Shown: positions 32,911 to 33,848 of the stretch, in pieces
How positions within the stretch are numbered: the stretch's first letter is position 1
Layout of the letters: every line of letters starts with the position of its first letter
The notes under the pieces: generated by a model
Databases searched by the model: none
The model's input: only the letters and a program-made list of their open reading frames with translations
Told to the model about the DNA's origin: nothing
DNA from: Candidatus Competibacteraceae bacterium
GTDB taxonomy: Bacteria > Pseudomonadota > Gammaproteobacteria > Competibacterales > Competibacteraceae
Direction: 5' to 3'
DNA: 33,848 nucleotides
Assembly: GCA_036796235.1 (NCBI GenBank)
Contig: DAIRDI010000001.1
Span: forward strand, 1 to 33,848
Program-made: the position numbers and the translations under genes

Positions 32911-33848
32911 ATGAGTACTTATCCACTCGGTTCCCACGTTCTCGGCGACCGCCAATGCGCCTTCACCCTGTGGGCGCCGTTGCTGAAGCAGGCGGCGGTG
33001 CATCTGATCGCGCCCGTGGAGCGGCTGATTCCCATGACCCGCGACGAATGGGGATACTGGCGCGCCACCGTCACCGGCGTCGAATCCGGCGCGCTCTATT
33101 TCCACCAGTGGGACGGCGCAACCGACCGGCCCGATCCGGCGTCCCACAGCCAGCCGCAAGGGGTGCATGGTCCGTCGCGGGTCGTGGATCACGCCTTCGC
33201 CTGGAGCGACGCCGGCTGGCGACCGCCGCCGCTGGACCAATGGGTGATGTACGAACTACACGTCGGGACCTTCACGCCCGAAGGGACCTTCGACGCCATC
33301 ATTCCCCGCCTGCCGGAGTTGCGCGAACTGGGCGTGAACGCGCTGGAACTGCTGCCGGTCGCCCAGTTCCCCGGCGACCGCAACTGGGGTTACGACGGCG
33401 TCTATCCCTACGCCGCGCAACACTCCTATGGCGGGGTCGAGGGTCTGAAGCGGTTGGTGGACGCTTGCCATCGCGAAGGCCTGGCGGTGATTGTGGACGT
33501 GGTCTACAACCACCTGGGTCCCGAGGGCAACTACCTGTGGGGACTGGGGACCTACTTCACCCACCAGTACCGCACCCCCTGGGGCGACGCCGTCAATTAC
33601 GACGGCCCACACAGTCCCGGCGTGCGGGAATACGTGGTCGGCAATGCGCTCTACTGGCTGGAAACCTGCCACTGCGACGCGCTACGGCTGGACGCGGTCC
33701 ACGCCATTTACGACTTCGGCGCCCGTCACCTCCTGGCGGAACTGGTGGAAACCGTCGCCGAGTGCGGGCGGCGGCTGGGCCGGCCCTTCCATCTCATCGC
33801 CGAAAGCGATCTCAACGATCCCCGCCTCGTGCGGCCCCCGGCCGTCGG
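32911..33848 (+). CDS. treZ: Malto-oligosyltrehalose trehalohydrolase TreZ (5' part; continues beyond the window)
   Basis: Open frame from the ATG at 32911 (AAGGAG at 32895-32900) to the window end. It is absent from the ORF track because it has no stop. Has YELHVGTFTPEGTF, NWGYDGV, VIVDVVYNHLGPEGNY, DALRLDAVHAI and LIAESDLND. Confidence 0.9.
   Translation, partial: MSTYPLGSHVLGDRQCAFTLWAPLLKQAAVHLIAPVERLIPMTRDEWGYWRATVTGVESGALYFHQWDGATDRPDPASHSQPQGVHGPSRVVDHAFAWSDAGWRPPPLDQWVMYELHVGTFTPEGTFDAIIPRLPELRELGVNALELLPVAQFPGDRNWGYDGVYPYAAQHSYGGVEGLKRLVDACHREGLAVIVDVVYNHLGPEGNYLWGLGTYFTHQYRTPWGDAVNYDGPHSPGVREYVVGNALYWLETCHCDALRLDAVHAIYDFGARHLLAELVETVAECGRRLGRPFHLIAESDLNDPRLVRPPAV

Overview
This is a visibly GC-rich, proteobacterial-type chromosomal window with dense coding. 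I support about 33 protein genes, one tRNA-Ala(CGC), two decayed genes and a few hairpins and palindromes. All calls come from reading the ORF-track translations and the DNA by eye; no searches were run.

Gene order:
- fbp, then a REC-REC-GGDEF-EAL protein and ampD.
- On the minus strand: nitronate monooxygenase, a DUF2064 transferase and a GT2 transferase.
- tRNA-Ala, followed by an O-methyltransferase remnant.
- A minus-strand block of five genes: SHOCT/QG-rich protein, RraA, MotB/OmpA-like, MotA-like, nitroreductase.
- Thioesterase, GltS-FMN-like protein and a Sel1-repeat protein.
- A tightly coupled operon (BchC-like MDR dehydrogenase, PTPS/QueD-fold protein, GT4 glycosyltransferase, SAM methyltransferase) converging on a RibD_C reductase and an FkbM methyltransferase.
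- A small membrane protein, nadA and an alpha/beta hydrolase.
- A minus-strand operon: GAF-HD-GYP, cNMP-binding protein, secreted protein.
- mlaA, DUF2007 and an lpxL-family gene.
- A small zinc-ribbon ORF and an Lpd-like flavoprotein.
- A frameshifted glgX and a partial treZ.

I saw no integrase, transposase, CRISPR array or prophage genes.

Best candidates for an undescribed system:
1. The stand-alone MotA/MotB-like stator pair, in which both subunits carry long coiled coils (9339-11427). It has a Zorya-core-like architecture but no recognisable effector.
2. The six-gene pterin-like tailoring cluster (15055-20101). Its PTPS-fold protein and its MDR dehydrogenase both appear to lack canonical catalytic or metal residues.
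3. The GAF-HD-GYP / cNMP-binding coiled-coil / secreted-protein operon (22746-26333).
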